Source: Squalus acanthias (taxonomy: Eukaryota). Taken from it: 64,000 nt of DNA. The notes beneath the pieces were generated by a model that saw only the letters and a list, made by a program, of their open reading frames with translations, was not told the origin of the DNA and did no database searches. Location of the stretch: contig JASTWF010000343.1 in the NCBI GenBank assembly GCA_030390025.1, forward strand, positions 372,001 through 436,000. Direction: 5' to 3'. Shown one piece after another: positions 49,991 through 62,262 of the stretch. The position numbers were made by a program, and so were the translations under genes. Numbering within the stretch: position 1 is the first letter of the stretch; each line of letters begins with the position of its first letter.

Positions 49991-52900
49991 GTTGGCAGGG
50001 GGATGGGCACCAGGATGTAACAATAGAAAGGGGAAATAAAGTGATCAAAGGATTGGGAGAGGCAGAGAGCACTACAGTAAGAAATAGTAAGGTATTAGGG
50101 GGGGTCAAACTAAGAGAGAATACAGGATGGTCTAAGATGGGTTTACAGTGTCTGTATGTGAACGCACGAAGCGTAGTAAACAAGATCAGTGAGCTACAGG
50201 CACAAATAGTCACATGGGAATATGATGTTGTGGCAATAACTGAGACCTGGCTCAAAAAAGGGCAGGATTGGGTATTAAATATTCCTGGTTATAAAGTGTT
50301 CAGGAAAGATAGGGAAGGAAAGATAGGAGGTGGTGTGGCAGTATTGGTCAAGGAGAATGTTACAGTGCTGGAGAGGGAGGATGTCCTGGAGGGGTCAAGG
50401 ACAGAATCTATACGGCTGGAGTTAAGAAATAATAGAGGTGCCTTTTCACTACTAGGTGTATTCTATAGACCACCAAATAGTGGGAAAGATATAGAGGAGA
50501 AAATTTGCAGGAAATTACAGAAAGGTGCAAGAACTATGGAGTAGTGATAATGGGGGACTTCAACTATCCTAATATAGATTGGGTTCGTAATAGTGTTAAG
50601 GGCAGAGAAGGGGAAGAATTTCTGAAGTGTGTTCAGGAGAACTTTCTTGTATGTTTCTGACCCAATGAGGAACAAGGCATTGCTGGATCTGGTTCTGGGG
50701 AATGAGGTAGGTCGAGTGGAGCAAGTGTCAATTGGTGAACATTTAGGGAACAGTGATCACAGTATCATAAGGTTTAGATTAGCTATGGAAAAGGACAGGG
50801 AGCAATCTAGGGTAAAAATGTTTAACTGGGGGAAGGCCTATTTCAGTGGGATGAGAATGGATCTGGCCCGGGTAAACTGGAATCAAAGATTGGCAGGGAA
50901 AACTGTAATGGAACAATGGGCTGCCTTTAAAGAGAAAATAGTTCAGGTACAGCTGAGGTACATTCCCACAAGGGGGAAAGGCAGGGCAACTAAAGTCAGA
51001 GCTCCCTGGATGACGAAAAAGATAGAGAATATGATGAAACAGAAAAAGAGTGCGTATGACAGATGTCAGGTTGCAAATACATCCGAGAATCAGGCTAAAT
51101 ATAGAAAGGTCAGAGGAGAAGTGAAAAAGAAAATAAGAGGGCCAAAGAGAGGGTGTGAGAATAGAATGGCACCCAACATAAAAGGTAATCCAAAAGCCTT
51201 CTATCGGCATTTAAATAGTAAACGGGTAGTAAGAGGAGGGTTGGGGCCGATTAGGGACAATAAAGGAGACCTATGCATGGAGGCAGAGGGTATGGCTGAG
51301 GAACTAAACGAGTACTTTGTATCTGTCTTCACCAAGGAAGAGGATGCTGCCATAGACATAGTGAAGGAGGAGGTAGTGGAGATACTTGATAGGAAAAAAA
51401 TTGATAAAGAGGATGTATTAGAAAGACTGGCTGTACTTAAAGTAGCTAAATCACCAGGAGTGGCTGGGATGCATCCAAGGATGCTGAGGGAATTGAGGGA
51501 GGAAATCGCGGAGGTACTGGCCATAATATTCCAATCCTCCTTGGATACGGGGGTGGTGCCAGAGGACTGGAGAATTGCAAATGTTACACCATTGTTCAAA
51601 AAAGGGTGCAAGGATAAACCCAGCAACTACAAGCCAGTCAGTTTAATCTCGATAGTGGGGAAGCTTTTAGAAACAGTAATCAGGGACAAAATTAATAGTC
51701 ACTTGGATAGGTGTGGATTTATTAAGGAAAGCCAGCACGCATTTGTTAAAGGCAAATCGTGTTTAACCAAATTGATCAAGTTTTTTCATGAGGTAACAGA
51801 GAGGGTTGATGAGGGTAATGTGGTTGATGTAGTGTACATGGATTTCCAAAAGGCCTTTGACAAAGTGCCACATAATAGGCTTGCCATCAAAGTTGAAGCC
51901 CATGGAATAAAAGGGACAGTGGCAGCATGGATACGAAATTGGCTAAGTGACAGGAAACAGAGAGTAGTGGTGAACGGTTGTTTTTCGGACTGGAGGAAGG
52001 TATACAGTGGTATTCCCCAGGGTCAGTTCTAGGACCACTGCTTTCCTTGATATATATTAATGACTTGGACGTGGGTGTACAGCGCACAATTAAAAAATTT
52101 GCAGATGACACAAAACTTGGAAGTATAGTGAACAGTGAGGAGGAGAGTGATAGACTTCAGGAAGACATAGACAGGCTGGTGAAATGGGCGGACACGTGGC
52201 AGATGAAATTTAACGCAGAAAAGTGTGAAGTGATACATTTTGGAGGAAAGAATGAGGAGAGGACATGTAAACTAAATGGTACAATCCTAAAGTGGGTGCA
52301 CGAACAGAGAGACCTAGGGGTATGTGTGCACAAATCCTTGAAGGTGGCAGGGCAGGTTGAGAAAGCAGTTAAAAGGCTTACGGGACCCTGGACTTAATAA
52401 ATAGAGGTATAGAGTACAAAAGTGTGGAAATGATGATGAAACACTGGTTCGGCCCCAACTGGAGTACTGTGTCCAATTCTGGGCACCACACTTCAGGAAG
52501 GATGTGAAGGCCTTAGAGATGGTGCAGAAAAGATTTACGAGAATGATTCCAGGAATGAGGGACTTCAGTTGCCTTGATAGACTGGAGAAGCTGAGGTTGT
52601 TCTCCTTGGAGCAGAGAAGATTGAGAGGAGATTTGATAGAGGTGTTCAAAATCATGAGGGGTCTGGACAGAGTAGAGAGAGAGAAACTGTTCCCATTGGC
52701 GGAAGGGTCGAGAACCAGAGGACACAGATTTAAGGTGATTGGCAGAAGAATCAAAGGTGACATGGGGAAAAACCTTTTACGCAGTGAGTGGTTAGGATCG
52801 GGAATGCACTGCCTGAAAGGGTGGTGGAGGCAGATTCAATCGTGGCTTTCAAAAGGGAATTGGATGAGTATCTGAAGGACAAAAATTTGCAGGGCTACGA

Positions 52901-53517
52901 GGGAAGGGTGGGGGAGTGGGACTAGCTGAAGTGTTCTTGCAGAGAGCCGGCACGGGCTCAACGGGCCGAATGGTCACATTCTGTGCTGTAACTAGTCTAT
53001 GATCCTACAAACACGTTAAACCTTCATAGAATAATTACCGGTCATTTTTAGACTGGAAACTTAACCCTGCCGTTTCACTTTCAGTCAGGAACAGATCGCA
53101 GTTTGATACCAATCTCTGATTTGACAGCACGTTTCCAGCATTCACCGTTGTTCTTCCTGACTCTAAACACAGTTGTAAAGGAGCCTTCTGATCCGTGCCT
53201 AGGAGCTCTGATCCATGGGAGAGCGCGGCTGGGACACATTCCTTACAGGCCTCAAGATTAACCTGCACGGGGACATTGCTGTCAGTGAAGAGAGACGAGA
53301 AAGACCAAAGTGCCGTTTGCCCCTCTCAGTGCGGCCCTGAAGGACTGTGTCCAGGCTGTAGTTCTGTTCCCGCCGTACGATCCTCCCCCCAGATTGTCCT
53401 TTCTGAGCTCCAGCCAGGTGATGCTAAACACTCAGGTGGGAACAACAAAAATCCACAACAATGTGTTCAAAGCAAACTGATTTATTTGACATGCATCCAG
53501 AATATTAAACTCCAGCC

Positions 53518-54016
53518 CGGAACTTTTATAGCACTTCCCACAGTCCGGGCATTTAAAAGGTTTGTCGTCAGTGTGAACTCGCTGGTGTGTCAGCAGGCTG
53601 GATGACTGAGTGAATCCCTTCCCACAATCAGAGCAGGTGAACGGCCTCTCCCCAGTGTGAACTCGCTGGTGTGTCAGCAGGCTGGATGACTGAGTGAATC
53701 CCTTCCCACACTCGGAAAAGGTGAACGGCCTCTCCCCGGTGTGAACTCGCTGGTGTGTCAGCAGGCTGAATGACTGAGTGAATCCCTTCCCACACTCAGA
53801 GCAGGTGAATGGCCTCTCCCCAATGTGAACTCACAGGTGTGTCAGAAGTTGGGATGAACTAGTGAATCCCTTCCCACTCTCGGAGCAGGTGAATGGCCAG
53901 TCCACGATGAGATTGCGCTTGTGTCTCGACAGGCCAGAGGATCGGCTGAAGCCTTGTCCACACACAGAAGATGTGTACGGTTTCTCCCCGCTCTGAACGG
54001 TGCTTTCTGCTTCCAT
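53518..54016 (-). pseudogene. C2H2 ZNF subfamily A (ZNF-7), paralog of ZNF-2
   Basis: [12 protein letters not shown] start, Cys loss in finger 1, stop at 53831, and a deletion that fuses a finger to the 3' UTR at ~53518. Confidence 0.88.
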
Positions 54017-55177
54017 GTTCAAAGGTCCTGATGAATCGAGTGACTCTGTCAGATCTTGAAGTGATGTTTGGTTTGAGTCTCCCGTCTGCAAATCCTCCCC
54101 TTCTTACACCCTGCAAAATGAATTTAAAACAGGAAAAAGGGAGGTGAGAGAGAACCCACAAAAACACAAAGGCAGGTTGTGAAATTGAGCTGAATGAATC
54201 TGGGAATTTGTGGGGCCGGGATTAGAAAAAAGTGACCATGAAAGCTGCCGGATTGTCGTAAAAACCCAACTGGTTCACTAATGTCCTTCAGGGAAGGGAA
54301 CCCGCCACCCGGTCTGGGCCTACACAAGACTCTGACCTCTATGGGAGGAGAGAGAGTGAGGTGGGAGGGGGAGGGGTGAAGGAGCGACTTTATACATCTG
54401 CAACTCGACTAGAACTTTGACAGCACCTCCCAAACACGCGACCTCCACCACCTAGAAGGACAAGGGCAGCAGGTGCATGGGAACACCATCACCTCCCAGT
54501 TCCCCTCCAAGTCACACACTATCCTGACATGGGCATATATCGCCATTCCTACATCGTCGCTGGGGCAAAATCCTGGAACTCCTCACCGAACAGCATTCTG
54601 AGAGTACCTTCACCACACGGACTGCAGAGGTTCAAGAAGAAGGCCCAGCATCACCTTCTCAACGGGCAACTGGGGGCTGGCAATATATGCTGGCCTTGCT
54701 ACTGACACCCACATCGAATGAATTTAAAAAATCTGTATATATAAAATGGATTGAAAGCCTCTACAGAAATACTTGTTCCTAAAATGATAATCTTTTACAC
54801 TGTACGGACAGTGTCTGTTTAGCAACTTAATCTCCCCTTGAATCCACCTCCCTTCACAGTCCCACATTGGAAATTGTTGGGTCCGACTGGGCTCAGAAGT
54901 ACTGGGGGTTAAACCCAGCAGCTTCTCCTCCATCTCCACTCCAGCTCAAACTGATGCAACAAGAAAGCCCTACACAGGAGGCCAGGGACCGAGTTCCACA
55001 TCCACCGTCCACCCTGATGCTAACCGGCTCTGAATTGCTCCCTCTGCTGTATAAATGCAAGTTGTTGTGTTTCTTGTCTGGGGGAGGTGCTGCACCCTGG
55101 GGTTAATGGTGCCGGGGCCCTGGCCGCACGTCCGCCGGCTCTGACTCGGGGCCTGAGACCCGCACTCGGTGTTGCTG

Positions 55178-55905
55178 AGGGATTCTAACCCTGGGACTGT
55201 ACATGGGGATTCTAACACTGGGACTGTACATGGGGATTCTAACCCTGGGACTGTACATGGGGATTCTCACCCTGGGACTGTACATGGGGATTCTAACCCT
55301 GGGACTGTACATGGGGATTCTAACCCTGGGACTGTACATGGGGATTCTAACCCTGGGACTGTACATGGGGATTCTAACCCTGGGACTGTACATGGGGATT
55401 CTCACCCTGGGACTGTACATGGGGATTCTAACACTGGGACTGTACATGGGGATTCTAACCCTGGGACTGTACATGGGGATTCTCACCCTGGGACTGTACA
55501 TGGGGATTCTCACCCTGGGACTGTACATGGGGATTCTAACCCTGGGACTGTACATGGGGATTCTAACACTGGGACTGTACATGGGGATTCCAGCCCTGGG
55601 ACTGTACATGGGGATTCTAACCCTGGGTCTATACATGGGGATTCTAACCCTGGGACTGTACATGGGGATTCTAACACTGGGACTGTACATGGGGATTCCA
55701 GCCCTGGGACTGTACATGGGGATTCTAACCCTGGGACTATACATGGGGATTCTAACCCTGGGACTGTACATGGGGATTCTAACCCTGGGACTGTACATGG
55801 GGATTCCAGATCTGGGACTGTACATGTGGATACTAACCCTGGGACTGTACATGTGGATACTAACCCTGGGACTGTACATGGAGATTCTAACACTGGGACT
55901 GTAGA
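55178..55905. repeat. 27-bp minisatellite, ~27 units
   Basis: Same unit and flanks as 19477-21525. Confidence 0.96.
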
Positions 55906-56029
55906 AGGGGGGCCCAGGTCTAGGGCTCTTCTGTTACAATTGTCTGAGATGTTAACCGTATGCTTTGCTTTTACCAGCGCCTTCAGGAGAAATGGTGAGA
56001 AATCCGAAGTGTGGAGAGTTTGAATCAAA

Positions 56030-59000
56030 TACCAGATGGCTTGCATCCCTGGTTGCTGAGGGAATTGGGGAAGGAGATAGTGGAAGGGCTTGCCATAATT
56101 TTCCAATCTTCCCTAGTGGCAAATACATAGAAATACATAGAAGATAGGAGCAGGAGTAGGCCATCCGGCCCTTCGAGCCTGCTCCGCCATTTAATGAGAT
56201 CATGGCTGATCCTTCAATTCAGTATCCCGTCCCCGCCTTCTCTCCGTAACCCTTAACCCCTTTTGCCTGTAGAAATATATCTAATTCCCTCTTAAATATA
56301 TTTAATGAGCTGGCGTACACTGCCCTCTGTGGCAATGAGTTCCACAGGTTCACCACTCTCTGAGTGAAGAAATTCCCCCTCATTTCTGTCCTAAATGGTT
56401 TAGCCCTTATCCTTAAATTATGTCCTCTAGTTCTGTTCTCACCCGCCAAGGGAAACATTCCTTCTGCATCTAATCTGTCTAGACCTGTCAGATTTTTATA
56501 CACTTCTATGAGGTCCCCTCTCAATCTTCTAAACTCCAGTGTGTACATCCCTAAACTACATAGTCTCTCCTCATAGGTCAATCCCGCCATTCCTGGTATC
56601 AGCCTGGTGAATCGCCGCTGCACCCCCTCCATGGCAAGAACATCTTTCCTCAGATGAGGCGACCAAAACTGTACACAGTACTCGAGGTGTGGTCTCACCA
56701 GTGCCCTGTACAGCTGCAGCAAGGTATTCCAACCCTTTTGCTATGAAGGCCAGCATACCGTTTGCCTTCTTGACCGCCTGTTGCACCTGCATGCTCGCCT
56801 TCAGTGACTGGTGTACAAGAACACCCAGGTCTCTCTGTACTTCCCCCTCTCCCAATTTATTGCCATTTAAATAATAATTTGCCCTCCCGTTCCTGCACCC
56901 AAGGTGGATAACTTCGCACTTGTCCACATTATAGTGCATCTGCCATTTATCCGCCCAATCACCCAGTCTGTCCAAATCGCTCTGGAGCTTCCTGGTCTCC
57001 TCCTCTGAGCCCACCCCCCCTCCTAGTTTAGTGTCGTCTGCAAATTTGGAAATGCTGCATTCGACTCCCTGATCCAGGTCATTAATATAAATTGTGAACA
57101 GCTGGGGACCCAGGACAGATCCCTGTGGTACCCCACTTGTTACTGCCTGCCATTCAGAAAATGAGCCGTTTATTCCAACTCTCTGTTTTCTATCTGACAG
57201 CCAGTTCTCTATCCACGTCAATACTTTCCCCTTTATCCCATGAGCTTCAATTTTCCATGCTAATCTTTTATGTGGGACCTTATCGAAGGCCTTTTGGAAG
57301 TCCAGGTACACCACATCTACTGGCTCTCCCCCATCTATTTTACCAGTTACTCCCTCAAAAAATTCCAATAGATTAGTCAAGCACGATTTACCCTTTGTAA
57401 ATCCATGTTGACTCTGTCCTATCCTGTCCCCATTTGCTAAGTGCTCGGCTATTTCATCCTTAATGATGGACTCCAGCATTTTGCCCACAACTGATGTAAG
57501 GCTTACAGGTCTGTAATTACCTGCTTTTTCCCTACCCCCCTTTTTGTATAGTGGGGTAACGTTAGCTACCCTCCAATCCATGGGCACTGTTCCCGAGTCT
57601 AATGAATTCTGAAAAATCATGCTTAGTGCATCCGCTATCTCTAGGGCCACCTCCTTCAGTACCCTAGGATGCATGTTATCAGGCCCTGGGGATTTGTCCG
57701 CCTTCAATCCCTTTAGCTTCCTTAACACCATATCCTTAGAGATATTGATTTGCGTCAGTTCCTCCTTTGCCAATGTCCCTATTTTTCCAGGGAGGTTTTT
57801 TGTGTCTTCCTTCGTAAAGACTGACCCAAAGTATGCATTTAGTTGGTCTGCCATTTCCTTATTTCCCATTATATATTCCCCCGTATCTGACTGCAATGGA
57901 CCAACTTTGGTTTTCACCAGTCTTTTCCTCTTGATATACTTATAAAAGCTTTTGGAGTTAGTTTTTATATTTTCCGCCAGCTTGCTTTCGTAAGCTATTT
58001 TGCCCTTCTTGATTAAGCCCTTTGCCCTCCTTTGCTCTATCTTAAACTGTTCCCAATCTTCCGCTCTGGCGCGTTTTTTGGCTATTTTATACGCCCTATC
58101 TTTGGATTTTATGCTGTCTCTAATTTCCCCTGTTATCCACGGTTGAGTCACCTTTTTAGATTTCCTTTTATGCCATTGTTGAAGAAAGGGTGTAATGACA
58201 AACAAGTAACTACAGGCCGGTCAGTTTAACATCAGTGGTGGGTAAAGTTTCAGAAACAATAATCAAGGAAAAAAATTAAAGTGCATTTGGAGAGGTTTAA
58301 GCTAATTAAGGAGAGCCAACATGGGTTTGTAAAAGGCAGATCGTGTTTGACTAATCTAATTGAATTTTTTGATCCAGTAACAGGGAGGATTGATGAAGGG
58401 AATGCAATGGATGTTGTTTACATGGATTTTGGGAAGGTGTTTGACAAAGTACCACATAGAAGGATTGTTAACAAAATGGAGGCTCATGGAATAGGTGGGT
58501 CAGTGGCAGCTTGGATAAGGAATTGGCTTAAGGACAGAAAACAGCGAGTTGTGGTAAATGGCTGTTTTTCAGACTGGAGGATGTTAGACAGTGGTGTTCC
58601 CCAAGGGTCAGTGCTGGGGCCACCGCTTTTTTTGATATATAAATGACCTGGATATTGGAATACAGAGTAGAATTTCTAAATTTGCCGATGACACCAAACT
58701 TGGGGGTGTGGCAAACAGTGAGGATGATACCAATCGACTGCAGCAAGACATAGAAAGGCTAGCAGAATGGGCAGACAAGTGGCAGATGGAATTTAATACA
58801 GAGAAGTGTGAGGTGATGCATTTTGGCAGAAGGAACAGGGAGAGGCAATATACTCTTAATGGCACAGTTGTAAAGAGTGTGCAGGGACAGAGGGACCTGG
58901 GAGTTAATGTGCATCGGTCCCTGAAGGTGGCGGGACATATTGAGAGAGTGGTTAACAAAGCATATGGGATCTTGGGCTTCATAAATAGAGGTATTAAGTA

Positions 59001-59588
59001 CAAAAGTAGAGAAGTTATGCTGAACCTTTATAAAGCGCTGGTTAGGCCACAACTGGAGTATTGCGTCCAGTTCTGGTCACCACACTTTAGGAAGGATGTG
59101 AAGGCCCTTGAGAGGGTGCAGAGGAGATTTACCAGAATGGTTCCAGGGATGGAGGATCTTAGTTACAAGGACAGGTTGGAGAAGCCGGATTTGTTTTCAT
59201 TTGGGCAAAGGAGGTTGAGGGGTGATTTGATAGCGGTGTACAAGACTATGACGGGTTAGGATAGGCTAGACGGGGAATGGCTGTTCTCACTAGTTGATGG
59301 CACAAGGACTAGGGGACACAGATTTAGGTTTTGGGCAAGAGATACAGGGGGACGTGAGGAAAAAAAAATTATACAGCGAGTGGTGAGGACCTGGAACTCA
59401 CTGCCGATGGAAGTGGTGGAAGCGGAGACACTCAATGTTTTCAAGGGCAGATTGGATAGGCACTTGAGGGAAATAAACTTGCAGGGATATGGGGATAGAG
59501 CGGGGGAATGGGACTGACTGGATTGCTCGACAGAGAGCCGGCATGGACTCGATGGGCCGAATGGCCTCCTCTGTGCCGTCATGACTGT
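56030..59588 (+). mobile_element. CR1 LINE, outer element, split by a nested antisense CR1
   Basis: PDGLHP..LAIIFQSSL..AN at 56030-56124 resumes as PLLKKG..NYRPVSLTS at ~58170. Confidence 0.88.
56121..58168 (-). mobile_element. CR1 LINE, inner element: RT + 3' UTR
   Basis: 544-aa RT ORF 56571-58205 and 56219-56722; (aaatacatag)2 tail. Confidence 0.93.
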
Positions 59589-59591
59589 ATA

Positions 59592-61001
59592 AAGGTGCTG
59601 ACTCTGGCTGGGTTCAGTTCTACACTCACTGGTTCCCCTCCCTCTCCTCCCCTGAAGGTGCTGATTCTGGCTGGGTTCAGTTCTACACTCACTGGTTCCC
59701 CTCTCTCTCCTCCCCTGAAGGTGCTGATTCTGGCTGGGTTCAGTTCTACACTCACTGGTTCCCCTCCCTCTCCTCCCCTGAAGGTGCTGACTCTGGCTGG
59801 GTTCAGTTCTACACTCACTGGTTCCCCTCCCTCTCCTCCCCTGAAGGTGCTGACTCTGGCTGGGTTCAGATCAACACTCAGTGGATCCCCTCCCTCTCCT
59901 CCCCTGAAGGTGCTGACTCTGGCTGGGTTCAGTTCTACACTCACTGGTTCCCCTCCCTCTCCTGCCCTGAAGGTGCTGACTCTGGCTGGGTTCCGTTCTA
60001 CACTCACTGGTTCCCCTCCCTCTCCTGCCCTGAAGGTGCTGACTCTGGCTGGGTTCAGTTCTACACTCACTGGTTCCCCTCCCTCTCCTCCCCTGAAGTT
60101 GCGGACTCTGGCTGGGTTCAGTTCACTCACTGGTTCCCCTCCCTCTCCTCCCCTGAAGGTGCTGACTCTGGCTGGGTTCAGTTCCACATTCACTGGTTCC
60201 CCTCCCTCTCCTCCCCTGAAGGTGCGGACTCTGGCTGGGTTCAGTTCTGCACTCACTGGTTCCCCTCCCTCTCCTCCCCTGAAGGTGCTGACTCTGGCTG
60301 GGTTCAGTTCACTCACTGGTTCCCCTCCCTCTCCTCCCCTGAAGGTGCTGACTCTGGCTGGGTTCAGTTCCACACTCACTGGTTCTCCTCCCTCTCCTCC
60401 CCTGAAGGTGCTGACTCTGGCTGGGTTCAGTTCCACATTCACTGGTTCCCCTCCCTCTCCTCCCCCGAAGGTGCGGACTCTGGCTGGGTTCAGTTCTGCA
60501 CTCACTGGTTCCCCTCCCTCTCCTCCCCTGAAGGTGCTGACTCTGGCTGGGTTCAGTTCACTCACTGGTTCCCCTCCCTCTCCTCCCCTGAAGGTGCTGA
60601 CTCTGGCTGGATTCAGTTCACTCACTGGTTCCCCTCCCTCTCCTCCCCTGAAGGTGCTGACTCTGGCTGGGTTCAGTTCCACACTCACTGGTTCTCCTCC
60701 CTCTCCTCCCCTGAAGGTGCTGACTCTGGCTGGGTTCAGTTCTACACTCACTGGTTCCCCTCCCTCTCCTCCCCTGAAGGTGCTGACTATGGCTAGGTTG
60801 AGTTCTACACTCACTGGTTCCCCTCCCTCTCCTCCCCTGAAGGTGCTGACTCTGGCTGGGTTCAGTTCTACACTCACTTGTTCCCCTCCCTCTCCTCCCC
60901 TGAAGGTGCTGACTCTGGCTGGGTTCAGTTCTGCACTCACTGGTTCCCCTCCCTCTCCTCCCCTGAAGGTGCTGACTCTGGCTGGGTTCAGTTCACTCAC
61001 T
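59592..61001. repeat. 63-bp minisatellite, ~22 units
   Basis: Same unit as 12088-14830; only 63- and 60-bp lengths. Confidence 0.97.
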
Positions 61002-61510
61002 GGGACCCTGAAGCCCCGCCCACTAGTGGTTCCTTTTTTCCAGTTCTGACGAAAGGTCATCGACCTGAAACGTTAACTCTGTTTCTCTCTTCACAGATGC
61101 TGCCTGACCTGCTGAGTATCTCCAGCATTTTGTTATTATTCCTTTCCAAAGAGGGCCGCGCACGCGCAGTATCATGCAAGATGGCGACGCACAAACCTTC
61201 AGCTGTCCTTTACAAAGATGGCGGCCGTTAACCGGGCCTTTTCCTGGAAAAAAGCCTCCGAGCTGGAAACGCGGAACCTGTAGGTTCTCATTTTGGGCTT
61301 GCGGCGTACACCAGATGCTCATGAAATCCACCCGCCGGGTGCATTACCTTCCTGCTCCCCGCTGATTCGTAATCGGCGTAAATCATATCTGCAGTTTTTG
61401 CCCGTTTATCACCTCGCCGTCCCGGATCACAATGCCACTGCGCATGCTCCAAAAACAGGCGGGCGCTGCGCCTGCGCACTGGGCTCCTCCTGTGTGAATG
61501 GGGCACATTC
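61002..61510 (-). promoter_or_regulatory. Promoter cassette P1 interrupted by a Penelope-like fragment (61037-61138)
   Basis: Collinear with 14831-15210; donor AAG|GTAATG at 61348/61347; ttccttt duplicated at 61030-61036 and 61139-61145. Confidence 0.7.
61042..61078 (+). ncRNA. Minimal type-I hammerhead ribozyme motif (Penelope-associated, family A)
   Basis: agtt CTGACGA a aggtc atc gacct GAAA cg TT aact: stem I agtt/aact, stem II aggtc/gacct, palindromic AACGTT. Confidence 0.72.
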
Positions 61511-61511
61511 T

Positions 61512-62255
61512 CATGCTGAGTCTTTGAGTATATTCAAGGTTGAGATCGATAGATTTTTGGACTCTTGGGGAATCAAGGGATATGGAGATTGGGTGGGAAA
61601 GTGGAGTTGAGGTGGATGATCAGCCATGATCTTATTGAATGGCGGAGCAGGCTCGAGGGGCTGTCAGGCCTGCTCCTGCTCTTATTTCTTATGTTCTTAT
61701 GACCTCAACTGGAATATTGTGTGCAATTCTGGGCACCACACTTTAGGAAGGATGTGAAGGCCTTCGAGATAGTGCGGAAAAGATTTGTTCCAGAAAAAAT
61801 GTTTCCAGGGACGAGGGACTTCAGTTACGTGGATAGACTGGAGAAGCTGGGGTTGTTTTCCTTGGAGCAGAGAAGGTTGAGAGGAGATTTGATAGACATC
61901 ATGTTCAACATCATGAGGGGTCTAGACAGAGTAGATAGAGAGAAGCTGTTCCCATTGGCGGAAGGGTCGAGAACCAGAGGACACAGATTTAAGGTGATTG
62001 GCAGACTAACCAAAGGTGACATGAGGAAAAACTTTTTTACGCAGCGAGTGGTTAGGATCTGGAATTCACTGCCTGAAAGGGTGGTGGAGGCAGATTCAAC
62101 TGTGGCTTTCAAAAGGGAATTGGATAAGTACCTGAAGGAAAAATGTTGGCAGGGCTACGAGGAAAGGGCGGGGGGAGTGGGACTATCTGAACTGCTCTTG
62201 CACGGGCTCGATGGGCCTCCTGCTGTGCTCTAACGAGTCTATGATTCGATGATTC
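61512..62255 (+). mobile_element. Two adjacent CR1 3' ends (61512-61700, 61701-62255)
   Basis: ttcttatg tail at 61685-61700; ORF 61721-62233 is RT C-terminal. Confidence 0.88.
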
Positions 62256-62262
62256 TAGAGCC

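Larger units (their letters stand above)
48090..53005 (+). mobile_element. Near-full-length CR1 LINE (5' UTR, ORF1, frameshifted ORF2, 3' UTR)
   Basis: ORF1 49103-49990. ORF2 pieces 50130-50544, 50629-52032, 51978-52397 and 52504-52875 lie in shifting frames. Confidence 0.93.

Noticed and set aside
48090..53005. Active or domesticated CR1
   Set aside because: ORF2 is split by frameshifts and deletions, as in every CR1 copy in the window.
55178..55905. Interstitial telomeric sequence
   Set aside because: At most one TAACCC per 27 bp; no (TTAGGG)n tract.
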